Positions 29,499 to 38,530 of a DNA stretch of 64,000 bases are shown in pieces. Numbering within the stretch: position 1 is the first letter of the stretch; every line of letters starts with the position of its first letter. Where the stretch lies: IMG/VR virus record IMGVR_UViG_3300016725_000002, positions 1-64,000 of that record. One strand, 5' to 3'. Origin of the DNA: a virus. Taxonomy: Duplodnaviria; Caudoviricetes. Position numbers and translations under genes: made by a program. The notes beneath the pieces were generated by a model that was given only the letters and a program-made list of their open reading frames with translations, was not told the DNA's origin and did not search any database.

Positions 29499-30142
29499 CC
29501 TTCCTCCAAATAACATTGTAGTTCTAAAGAACAACTACAAGAGGTATTTAAAAGCTTACAAATAAAGCTATGCATATTAGGTTTATTCAATAATTTCTTT
29601 ATTATTCCATATCCTTGCATTTTTATATTTGGTAATTGAAGTATCCTAAATAGTGTTTCTTTGTTTACATAATCAGTCTTTTGTATTCTATCATAAAATA
29701 AATAAAACCTAATATTTGAGTAGAAATGTATATAATCATATATTGTTGTTAATTGTGAATCCAATGCTACAATTGAATAATCTTCTCCAACTTTAGGAAT
29801 AGTGTTAAAATCTGTAATATGTCTGTTAAATTTAATACCGGGAAATTCTATATCCATATTATTAGTACAAATAACATGAGTTTTATTATATTTAATTAAA
29901 ACATTAAAAATAAATTCTTGTTCTTCTTTTGTTAATAATGAAAATTCTCCACCCATTATAGTTAAGGTTTTAGTACAATATTTTACCACATATTCAAAAA
30001 TATATTTAAGTAGATACGTATTTGTCGTTGAATGCGACTGAGTACAATTAAAACATGCTAGATTGCATTTATTATTTATTCTAAGTAATATACTCGGAGT
30101 AAAACAACTACATTCATAATTACATTCAAATTTACAAGACAT
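29444..30142 (-). CDS. short radical SAM protein with Cys-rich termini (tandem paralog)
   Basis: CNLACFNC, GGEFSLL; MSCKFECNYECSC N-terminus. Confidence 0.8.
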   Translation of the reverse strand: MSCKFECNYECSCFTPSILLRINNKCNLACFNCTQSHSTTNTYLLKYIFEYVVKYCTKTLTIMGGEFSLLTKEEQEFIFNVLIKYNKTHVICTNNMDIEFPGIKFNRHITDFNTIPKVGEDYSIVALDSQLTTIYDYIHFYSNIRFYLFYDRIQKTDYVNKETLFRILQLPNIKMQGYGIIKKLLNKPNMHSFICKLLNTSCSCSLELQCYLEEGCHVNSDVILNADVIKNL

Positions 30143-31478
30143 TTATTTTTAATGTTTCAGGAATTATTAATTCAGGATTATTATGTTTCAAATTTGTAAT
30201 TTTACAAGATTCAGAAATAGTTTTTATTGGAGTATCGGTCATATCAAGTGTAGTGACAGTAAGATTTTCAGGTAATTCAAGAATATTACAACCCGTAATA
30301 TTTAATTCATCAAAAGTTAAATTGTTATCCAACTTAGTTATATTACTATTGCTTATATCTAGGATCTTAGCCTTTAAGGTTGTAGGTAAATACTTTATAT
30401 CTGTATTAGCAGCAATTAATTTATATACATTTAAATTAAGAGGAAGCTTTTTAACATCTGTATTTGAAATATTCAAACATCCAGAGAGAGTTAAATTATT
30501 TGGCAAAATACTTAATTTACTATCAGATGCATCAACTTGTTCTGTAACAAATATTCCATCTAAATTCTTTATTAAACATTTTTTCATATACAGAGTAGTA
30601 ACATACAAATTAGTTGGAAGATTTTCTAAGTTACTGTTACTTATATCAAGTATCCCCTTTACTGTTACGTTATCTGGAAAATAATCAAGTTTACAATTAG
30701 CTAAATCTAATGCTTCAAAAGTTGCACTATTAGGAATATATACTTTATCTTCTGGTTCAAATTTAACACTAGGTAAAGTTAAAATCAATTTACGAGGTAA
30801 TGAAGTAATATTATAACAAATTCCATTATGTACTGTTAGGTTTACTTTGAGTAAGTTTACTAAATTTATAGATTCATATAATTTTAAATCAATGAAATCC
30901 TGAATAAATGGTAAATATTGAACAGTAGCTACATCTTTATATACTATATTCAAAATAATTTTATCTTGAACTAATATAATTGCAATTGGATTTTCTTGTA
31001 TATCTCGCAGACTATATAATTTACTTTTAGAAACAAGTGAATTAAATGTAGTTAATGGAAATTTTAAGATTTTTGCATCTCTGGCTCTTGAACGAGTCCC
31101 TTGTAAATCAACCCAATAATGACCATTTTTGTATCGTTTAATTATTTCTATTTTATCATCTTTAAAAGGTTTAGCTAATTCCAATCCACTAATTACATCG
31201 TCTACAGATAATTTAGAAATATCTTGGATTTTATCTTGGTCGTTTAACCATTTAATCATTTCTTTCCAAAGTTCTTCATTATAACTTCGTATACTGTATT
31301 CTTCATTAGTTTTATTTATTAATTTAACTTCTTGGTAAGATTCTTGTAAATATACACGAAATATATTATTAATCCAATCCCTAACTTTAGGACGAGCATT
31401 CATGGATAATTCTTGAATCATAAGTTCATCATCTTCACTGAAAATAACAGTTCTTGAAGCTATGAATACATATCTCAT
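30132..31478 (-). CDS. degenerate PcfJ-like + LRR protein
   Basis: YKNGHYWVDL...LYSLRD...P retained but EG..M.HCVG lost; clear LRRs. Confidence 0.75.
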   Translation of the reverse strand: MRYVFIASRTVIFSEDDELMIQELSMNARPKVRDWINNIFRVYLQESYQEVKLINKTNEEYSIRSYNEELWKEMIKWLNDQDKIQDISKLSVDDVISGLELAKPFKDDKIEIIKRYKNGHYWVDLQGTRSRARDAKILKFPLTTFNSLVSKSKLYSLRDIQENPIAIILVQDKIILNIVYKDVATVQYLPFIQDFIDLKLYESINLVNLLKVNLTVHNGICYNITSLPRKLILTLPSVKFEPEDKVYIPNSATFEALDLANCKLDYFPDNVTVKGILDISNSNLENLPTNLYVTTLYMKKCLIKNLDGIFVTEQVDASDSKLSILPNNLTLSGCLNISNTDVKKLPLNLNVYKLIAANTDIKYLPTTLKAKILDISNSNITKLDNNLTFDELNITGCNILELPENLTVTTLDMTDTPIKTISESCKITNLKHNNPELIIPETLKINVL

Positions 31479-31480
31479 GT

Positions 31481-31615
31481 TTACTCCTCAATTTCAATAT
31501 TTTCTATATTTTTCCCAAAATCAAATTTAGTTTGACTCTTGTCTATCACTAAAGTTTTACATTTTATTTCTGGAATTACTTTTAATTTTAAATTTGAAAT
31601 TTCAACATATTTCAT
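31481..31615 (-). pseudogene. collapsed PcfJ-LRR paralog remnant (44 aa)
   Basis: Own translation MKYVEISNLKLKVIPEIKCKTLVIDKSQTKFDFGKNIENIEIEE: family leader joined directly to a terminal repeat; AGGAG RBS and ATGA overlap. Confidence 0.6.
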
Positions 31616-32811
31616 TTCTTCTCCTGTATTTTTATATTGTTTACTGATAATTTAGGACAATTATTTATTGTTGGGAATAAAATTTTTCCATTAAGCTGTT
31701 TGATATCTAAACAAGATTCAAGTTTTAGTGTATTACAATTACATGTTAATTCCGTTAAATTGCAACTAGATATTGATACAACTTCCGCATTTAATGAAAC
31801 CTTATTGGGTATTAAACATTGATTTAATTCCAGTATATTAATATTCTTAGGTAGTTTTGGAAGTTTACAAAACTCTGCATACATTGCCCGTGTTATATTA
31901 CATTCAATCGTTAAATCACTATTAGATGTTTCAAGAACATGTATAATGCAATCTTTTAAGGTAACAGTACAATAATTAACTTCTAAATATTTTATTGTAA
32001 TATTCTTTGGTAATGTAATATTATCAGAATAATAAAATTCAGATATTATATCAGTATTAGACAATTTCATTAAAGATTTAACTTTTTTATTTATTATAAC
32101 CATATAATTAGCGTTTAAATTACGGATATTATAGTTTTTAACATTTAAACTATTAAGAAATAATACAACCATATCTACATATTTTGGATTAATTGGTTGA
32201 TTGCTATTACCTCGAATTTGTGTGATATTTTTATTACGATATTCAACTGTAACTAAAGGTTTAGTATTATGACGTAAACTATAAATCTTACATTTATTAG
32301 ATGCAACATCTTCATAATAACCACCTACACAGTGATTCATTAATTTACCTTCACGCTTTAATGAGCGTCTACCTGTAATCTCTACCCAAGTATATTCTCC
32401 AATTATCATAATTTCAGTTATGCCATCTTCTTCATCTTTAGCGTTTTTAAATGAGTGTTCCCATTCAGATAATTTCTTTACAAATTGGTCAAAAGACATA
32501 CGAGTTAAATCTTTTGTTGATGAAAGCGTATTAAGAAAGTCAGCGTAATGAAGAAGTTCATCCAATTTTATATCAGATAATATTAATACTTCTTTGCCTT
32601 GATTGATATTATCATTAACCCATTTAGGGTATACTGATGAAGTCTTTCTAATTGGAGATGCATCATAATAGCCAATAATAAAACGTCTAAATACTGTATC
32701 TACCCAATGTTTAGCATTTTGATTTGTGCAAGCATCTTTAAATTGTGCTAATTTCTGTTGAAAAGAATTAGGAATATAAACATTTCGTGAAACTATTTCA
32801 ATATACTTCAT
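31612..32811 (-). CDS. PcfJ-like domain + repeat protein
   Basis: MKYIEIVSRNVYI (start 32811 by homology); EGKLMNHCVGGY...IYSLR...QIRGNSN. Confidence 0.85.
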   Translation of the reverse strand: MKYIEIVSRNVYIPNSFQQKLAQFKDACTNQNAKHWVDTVFRRFIIGYYDASPIRKTSSVYPKWVNDNINQGKEVLILSDIKLDELLHYADFLNTLSSTKDLTRMSFDQFVKKLSEWEHSFKNAKDEEDGITEIMIIGEYTWVEITGRRSLKREGKLMNHCVGGYYEDVASNKCKIYSLRHNTKPLVTVEYRNKNITQIRGNSNQPINPKYVDMVVLFLNSLNVKNYNIRNLNANYMVIINKKVKSLMKLSNTDIISEFYYSDNITLPKNITIKYLEVNYCTVTLKDCIIHVLETSNSDLTIECNITRAMYAEFCKLPKLPKNINILELNQCLIPNKVSLNAEVVSISSCNLTELTCNCNTLKLESCLDIKQLNGKILFPTINNCPKLSVNNIKIQEKK

Positions 32812-33166
32812 CTGACTCATAACAATAAGCTACGGGATGTTTAGTTCTATCATTTCCTTTTAAACACCTACAAGTTTGTAATATTTTTTCATCAAAATTT
32901 TTGATAGTTCCATGACCTTTAGCTATGCTATTTATGTAATGTTGTGCTTCTTCAAAAGAACTACAAATTTTTGCATTACACTTTACAAAAATAGGTGAAT
33001 GAATCCTAGACGAACATTTACAAGTTCTGCCCATATTTCCATCTATATCTAAAATAGTTCCATGTCCACCATGATTATCTTTTAAATACTGAATGCATTG
33101 AGAAAAAGTATTAAAAACTGGAATATCACTAACTGAAGTGTCTGAAGAAATCAGAGTGTATTTCAT
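32798..33166 (-). CDS. small protein with duplicated GHGTI...TCxC...H unit (possible metal binding)
   Basis: Two internal repeats visible in the translation; AAGGA RBS. Confidence 0.7.
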   Translation of the reverse strand: MKYTLISSDTSVSDIPVFNTFSQCIQYLKDNHGGHGTILDIDGNMGRTCKCSSRIHSPIFVKCNAKICSSFEEAQHYINSIAKGHGTIKNFDEKILQTCRCLKGNDRTKHPVAYCYESDEVY

Positions 33167-33182
33167 TGTTGGTTTCCTTATT

Positions 33183-33220
33183 AAAAAAGGCTAGTGGAAA
33201 AATATCCACTAGCCTTTTTT
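33183..33220. terminator. bidirectional-type terminator ending the radical SAM operon
   Basis: A6-GGCTAGTGGA-6nt-TCCACTAGCC-T6. Confidence 0.85.
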
Positions 33221-33228
33221 AAACTAGA

Positions 33229-34059
33229 CTATTTAAATTGAGTCTGAAAAGTTGTAAATAATGTATTAGCTGCATCAATAGTTGTAGTAGCATCCAAATT
33301 AGTTAAGAAAGTCTTATATAATGAATAATATTTATTATATATTGATAATTTATCTAATGCTTCTAAATACAAAGAAAGAGTATCTAACAAAGCAGCATCA
33401 TTTTTATTAACTATTTCTAAGTATTTATCTTCCCTATTTTCTTCAGTAACAATGAAACCTGCGGCAGCAAGCTTATTGTTATTTATTACGAAATCAAAAA
33501 AGTAATAAGACATAGAATCATCTAGTCTAGTTTTTGTTAACTCAAGAGCTTTATTCTTTAAATATACTTTTAATACCTGCAAATCTGTTAAATTTTCATC
33601 ACTAATAATAAGAATATCATCCTGTGATAATATAGCGGATCCGCTATCTTTTAAGGTAACTTTACTAACTGCCATCTCCATATCTTTAGTAGATAAATAA
33701 TCGAACATTGCTTTAGTTACCATAACAAATAAATTAGGGTTCCAAGTTTCGATACTTGATACAGATCTAACGCCAATAATATATCTAACTGAATTTCTAT
33801 CGCTAATAGGAGCTAAATAAATTGTATATAATGTATTTGCACCATCCACAGTATATGTATAATCTGTCACATTTTCAAGTATCTTTGAAGTATCAGTAAC
33901 TTCAACCTTACCGGAAATTATTAAATCTGTAAGAACACAATAAATAGACTTAGTAACTTCAATGTCATTTTTACCTAAAGTATATGTATCTTCTTTAGTT
34001 GAAAGAGATTCAATTATATTTTTAGAATCAGTTGTCGCGTAAGTAGCAATGTATTTCAT
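33229..34059 (-). CDS. hypothetical protein, last gene of the radical SAM operon
   Basis: 276-aa ORF with AAGGAG RBS. Confidence 0.75.
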   Translation of the reverse strand: MKYIATYATTDSKNIIESLSTKEDTYTLGKNDIEVTKSIYCVLTDLIISGKVEVTDTSKILENVTDYTYTVDGANTLYTIYLAPISDRNSVRYIIGVRSVSSIETWNPNLFVMVTKAMFDYLSTKDMEMAVSKVTLKDSGSAILSQDDILIISDENLTDLQVLKVYLKNKALELTKTRLDDSMSYYFFDFVINNNKLAAAGFIVTEENREDKYLEIVNKNDAALLDTLSLYLEALDKLSIYNKYYSLYKTFLTNLDATTTIDAANTLFTTFQTQFK

Positions 34060-34071
34060 GGTTTGTTCTCC

Positions 34072-35142
34072 TTAGTTCTGGTTTAATTTGTGTTGTAAAA
34101 AATGATTAACTTGTTTAGAATACTTTAGGTAAAAGTTAGAAGCATATTCATAACAAATTTTGTATAATTCACAAATACAATTAATAGGTTTACTCTCTTT
34201 AAAGTTTCCATATTCAAGTTGTGAATAGTTGCAGCCCATATTACATTCAAGTTTTATTGAACATGTTGCACAATGTTTATTATAAACTGGATGAAACATA
34301 CTAGATATTTTCTCAATTAATGAACCGTTGATTTTTTGTTCTTTATAGTTACCTAGTTTAAATACATTATTAGAAGCAAATCTAGCACAAGGAAAAATAT
34401 CTCCATTCTCTTGAATACTTACTCCATGAGTACCAGAAAAACAAGTGAATGGACGTTTACCTTTAGTATTACCCATAATGCAATCTAATAAATATAATGA
34501 ATATATACCGGGAATGGGTACGTTGCCAGTTTTATCTACATACTTTTCAATAATTTCATTTATAATATCTAACTGCTGTTTAAATATTAAAATATCTCCA
34601 AATTGCCAAATATTATCTCTTACTAATGAAAAATCAGGATATAATATTCCTTTTTCTAGGAAGAACTCAAAATTTTTACTAAATGATGAAATGTTGAGTG
34701 GAGAAAGCATACACTTAACTCCACGCATTTTCATTGTTTCTAATAATGAAAGAGGAAATACATCAATTGTTTTATTTACTCTTGTATTAGCATAAGGTCC
34801 ATCATAACTAATACCATATGAAATATTTAACTCGTCCAATTCCTGTATATATTTAGGAAGTAAATAACCATTAGTTTGAACATGATGTGGAAAAGATGGA
34901 GTATATTTTGTTATACTTTTAATTACCTTCATATTCAAAAGTGGTTCTCCTCCAAAGAAAGCAATTTCTGTTTCCTTTGAAAAAGAATTATATTTTCCAA
35001 GTTCAGCGCGTATTTCAGGTAAATAATTTAATGCTTGTTTAAAGCTTTTTAAAGTTAAAGATTTGGTTTTAGTTTGATTTATATAGCAGTAAGTACAATT
35101 TAAGTTACAGGCATTTGTAACTATTGTTTCTAACTGAAACAT
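34072..35142 (-). CDS. radical SAM/SPASM protein (anSME/peptide maturase-like)
   Basis: CNLNCTYC, FFGGEPLL, TNG; C..G......G.IFPC and CATC....EC.MGC SPASM cysteines. Confidence 0.9.
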   Translation of the reverse strand: MFQLETIVTNACNLNCTYCYINQTKTKSLTLKSFKQALNYLPEIRAELGKYNSFSKETEIAFFGGEPLLNMKVIKSITKYTPSFPHHVQTNGYLLPKYIQELDELNISYGISYDGPYANTRVNKTIDVFPLSLLETMKMRGVKCMLSPLNISSFSKNFEFFLEKGILYPDFSLVRDNIWQFGDILIFKQQLDIINEIIEKYVDKTGNVPIPGIYSLYLLDCIMGNTKGKRPFTCFSGTHGVSIQENGDIFPCARFASNNVFKLGNYKEQKINGSLIEKISSMFHPVYNKHCATCSIKLECNMGCNYSQLEYGNFKESKPINCICELYKICYEYASNFYLKYSKQVNHFLQHKLNQN

Positions 35143-35441
35143 TACTTTTTAAGTTTTTCTTGAACATTCTTGATAATTGAATCAACGGATTCAGCAACAT
35201 CTTCGGGGATTTCAACATTGTCATCACCAAATTTTGCAGCCTGGGCTTCATTAAAAGCATTGACATAATCTGCATTTCGGGAAAGCATTAAATTAAGTAC
35301 ACCAGCCATAGCGGCACTACCAAAAGAATCATAGTTGCTTAATTCCTGAATATTTTTACCAAGATTTTCAATCAATTTATTAAATTTCTTAGTAGCTAAA
35401 ATACGTTCTTTTTCTTCTATTGAAACAATCTTCTTTTCCAT
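35142..35441 (-). CDS. hypothetical helical protein
   Basis: AAGGAG RBS; lies between two radical SAM genes. Confidence 0.7.
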   Translation of the reverse strand: MEKKIVSIEEKERILATKKFNKLIENLGKNIQELSNYDSFGSAAMAGVLNLMLSRNADYVNAFNEAQAAKFGDDNVEIPEDVAESVDSIIKNVQEKLKK

Positions 35442-35452
35442 TTGCGTTCTCC

Positions 35453-36277
35453 TTAGAAATGGTCGAATAATTTTAAAGTAACCATATCTTCAACGACATT
35501 CTCACTGCCAGGTATACCGTAATTTTTCTTAGTAAATAGAGATCTATTGCATTTTTTACATATTGCACACGCATGCTCACATATTGAGATACGATAGCAT
35601 TTATATAAATATAAACTGGTTTTAGTTAATTGTTGTTTAACTTTTGACAGTTCTTCTCTTCCAATTTCATCCATTAAACCTTGATAATCATAGTTAACTC
35701 TAATCTTCTTTTTATTATTATGTATTAGATTCTTATCTTTATTAGGATAAAATAGTTCTAACATTGTTACTATTTCTTCTAAAGAAGTTTTAACTGTTTT
35801 GGTTGTAATTGTAAAACTCAAACCGAATGGTATATCTAATGAGTTAAGCAAATTTAAGTTATCTTGAACTATTGTAGAATTTGGAGTACGAACATTTTGA
35901 TATGAACCATCATAACTAACATCTAACGATACATGAACTGAATTACTAGTTAATATTTTCTTTAAATTAGAAAGATTCTTTTTAATTAGTGTTCCATTGG
36001 AAATGATGTTTATTGCAATATTCTTTCCAAGAGTTTGTGCAGTTTTTTCACAAAAATTATAAATATACATTATCTTTTTCATTTCCAATAAAGGTTCACC
36101 ACCCATTAAACATAATGTACTATTATTTGATTTCTCAACTTCTATAAGAGTATTTAAATACTTATCAATTTCTTCATAGTTAATGATACGTTTTTCACGT
36201 TCTTTACCTTGTTGCTCATAACAATAAGGACAATGAAGATTACATTGATTAGTTAAATAAAGTACATTAACATTCAT
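35453..36277 (-). CDS. radical SAM protein
   Basis: CNLHCPYC, GGEPLL, SNG, SYDG; C-terminal CEHACAICKKC. Confidence 0.9.
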   Translation of the reverse strand: MNVNVLYLTNQCNLHCPYCYEQQGKEREKRIINYEEIDKYLNTLIEVEKSNNSTLCLMGGEPLLEMKKIMYIYNFCEKTAQTLGKNIAINIISNGTLIKKNLSNLKKILTSNSVHVSLDVSYDGSYQNVRTPNSTIVQDNLNLLNSLDIPFGLSFTITTKTVKTSLEEIVTMLELFYPNKDKNLIHNNKKKIRVNYDYQGLMDEIGREELSKVKQQLTKTSLYLYKCYRISICEHACAICKKCNRSLFTKKNYGIPGSENVVEDMVTLKLFDHF

Positions 36278-36596
36278 TCTTATGCTCTAATGAATGTAAT
36301 CTTAAACTTAATGCTTGAATAGATAATTGTTGAAATTTTATTAAATCTACAAGTATAGGAATTAATTGCGTTGAGTCAATAAAATATTCAGATGAAGTTA
36401 GCTGTTTTAACATTTTAAATGATGAAAATTCATGTTCAAATTCCTTTAAATCAAATGTAATTGTTTTCTGCCCAAACTGATCTACATGTAATACACTAGA
36501 TAAATTTAACACTTTATTCATTAATTCTGTTATTTGAAGTTTATCATTAATTTCTTTTAATTTTTGTAAATTATTTAAATCTGATAACTTATCCAT
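36267..36596 (-). CDS. stand-alone peptidase S74-like (tail-spike intramolecular chaperone) domain
   Basis: IDSTQLIPILVDLIKFQQLSIQAL...LE matches the S74 C-terminal VDY..LIP.LV.AIKEQQ..I..L pattern. Confidence 0.55.
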   Translation of the reverse strand: MDKLSDLNNLQKLKEINDKLQITELMNKVLNLSSVLHVDQFGQKTITFDLKEFEHEFSSFKMLKQLTSSEYFIDSTQLIPILVDLIKFQQLSIQALSLRLHSLEHKNEC

Positions 36597-37404
36597 CTTT
36601 ACCTCCTAAAATACGAATGATTTCATCATTTGAATCTAAGTATCTATTAGTTAGTTTATTAACTACTAGATCACTAAATCTATAATATGAACCATCTTTT
36701 ACCTTAGCATTATTAATATAATTAATACGCTTCTTATAGAAGTAACATTCATGAAATAACCGTGGATGTGGATCAAAGTATGCGGAATGATAATATACAT
36801 ATTCATCAAATTGTTCAAATAGATTATTTACATGTTGTTCCTGTTTAACAAAATAGGGTTTATTAAAACTAGCTGCATAATTATTTGCATTTAAGTTATC
36901 AATATCACCGGGACAATTTAAGTATAAAGCTTCTTTAACATTAGATAATGGTTTAAAAAATTCAAATGCAAACTTCATTATATACTTTTCATCACAGTAT
37001 GCAAATGGCATTTCAGTAAAATATGTTACATTGTATTTACTTTTATCTAACATAACATGTGTAGAATCAGTTAACTCTGTAACTATTGTTATATGTTTCG
37101 CTCTTAATAAACCATGGATGTGTGTAATAGTTCCCCAATCTAATATTACAACTTCATCAAACTCTTGTTTTATTAGTTCAATCTTTGGTACTATTTTTAT
37201 TTTATCACTTAGATCATATGGATAGTTATAACGGTTATTAATCAAATATAATAAATGTTGCTTATAATCTTGTATACTATAATGAGGAATATCTAGTAAG
37301 ACTAAGTAAACAGGAGAAGTTAAATTAGCTACCATGAAATATTCTAAAGCATCAATAACACTACCTGTTACTTTATTATGGGTCATTTGAAAGATTACGT
37401 TCAT
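36589..37404 (-). CDS. putative glycosyltransferase-like (GT-B) protein
   Basis: N-terminal strand + TGS..DALEY; C-terminal FDEYVY....FDPHPRL..EC..Y.K resembles the GT-B donor-binding loop. Weak. Confidence 0.4.
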   Translation of the reverse strand: MNVIFQMTHNKVTGSVIDALEYFMVANLTSPVYLVLLDIPHYSIQDYKQHLLYLINNRYNYPYDLSDKIKIVPKIELIKQEFDEVVILDWGTITHIHGLLRAKHITIVTELTDSTHVMLDKSKYNVTYFTEMPFAYCDEKYIMKFAFEFFKPLSNVKEALYLNCPGDIDNLNANNYAASFNKPYFVKQEQHVNNLFEQFDEYVYYHSAYFDPHPRLFHECYFYKKRINYINNAKVKDGSYYRFSDLVVNKLTNRYLDSNDEIIRILGGKDG

Positions 37405-37604
37405 TTCTTTTTATCTAAATATTCCTGATATTCTTGTTTAAATGTAGATAATAAACATCGCCTCGCTATTTCTGCATGAGTTATATTTTTATCAGATTGC
37501 TCACTTTCATCAAGTGCTTTACGTCTTAAAAATGTAATAAAGGTTTTCGGTAGTTTTAAATTATATGTAGCTGTATCTTGTAAGTAACTATCATATTTAC
37601 CCAT
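37401..37604 (-). CDS. ribbon-helix-helix-like DNA-binding protein
   Basis: TYNLKLP....FLRRKA...ITHAEIARRCL strand-helix-helix pattern; GAGGAG RBS. Confidence 0.6.
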   Translation of the reverse strand: MGKYDSYLQDTATYNLKLPKTFITFLRRKALDESEQSDKNITHAEIARRCLLSTFKQEYQEYLDKKK

Positions 37605-37615
37605 GTTTCTTCTCC

Positions 37616-38530
37616 TCAGATATTGAGTATTTTACAATAGAATGAATAGTTTTGACCTGAGTATAAATCCATAAATACATTAGAACTAATACAATTCAAA
37701 CACATTTCAGTATCAGTATTAGGAAAGATATTTGTATTTTGAAGAATATTTTTAAGATTAACTTCTGTTAATTCAATTTTACTACTTTGCATTGAAACAC
37801 AACATCTATGAATTGAATTAGTGGGAATATTAATCATTGTCTTTGTCATAATCTGTTGGCACTTTAATTGTAAGTTATTTACAAACTGTTTTTTATTTAA
37901 AAGTTTAATTATAAATTTAAGCCTTAACTTGATAAAATCAAACACATTGTTCCTATCTTTAATTATATTATATATTGTTATAAAATCTTGTTCATTCATA
38001 AAGTTAAGATCAGTCCTTCTAGGTTGAAGGAAATGAGGCAAGAACATACAATTGGGATTGTTATCCAACAATGTGGCAAATTGTTGGATATTTTGTTTAT
38101 GTACAACAACGGTATATTGAATAGGAATACTAGTATCATTGTAATATTCAAAAGATTTATTCTCAATTTCAGGCATAACATGATAAAGTATATATCGTAT
38201 TTTATCTTCATATTGTTTATGAAATCCATTCTTCATGAACAAACCATTAGTAGTAATACTATATTTATCAGATACATTTGAGTTAAAGATTAAGTCTAAT
38301 ATATTTGAATCAATTAATCCTATTTCACCACCTTCCAATAAAATTTCAGTATTTTTACGATATTCTTGTAAGTTATTTAACATTGTTATTACAGAAAGTA
38401 ATTGCTCTTCAGTACAAGTAACAGGATTAACAATTGAAGGATGATCGCAGTAAGTACAACGCCATTGGCATTTTTGGGTTAAAGATATCCAAAGGTAATT
38501 ACTAAATGAAAAACAATTGGAATAATCCAT
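37616..38530 (-). CDS. radical SAM protein (GGEIGL subfamily, twitch-like C-terminus)
   Basis: CQWRCTYC; close paralog of 49453..50412. Confidence 0.9.
   Translation of the reverse strand: MDYSNCFSFSNYLWISLTQKCQWRCTYCDHPSIVNPVTCTEEQLLSVITMLNNLQEYRKNTEILLEGGEIGLIDSNILDLIFNSNVSDKYSITTNGLFMKNGFHKQYEDKIRYILYHVMPEIENKSFEYYNDTSIPIQYTVVVHKQNIQQFATLLDNNPNCMFLPHFLQPRRTDLNFMNEQDFITIYNIIKDRNNVFDFIKLRLKFIIKLLNKKQFVNNLQLKCQQIMTKTMINIPTNSIHRCCVSMQSSKIELTEVNLKNILQNTNIFPNTDTEMCLNCISSNVFMDLYSGQNYSFYCKILNI

Noticed and set aside
1-32811. Diversity-generating retroelement driving LRR or fibre variation
   Set aside because: No reverse transcriptase and no TR/VR pair differing only at adenines was seen in this window.
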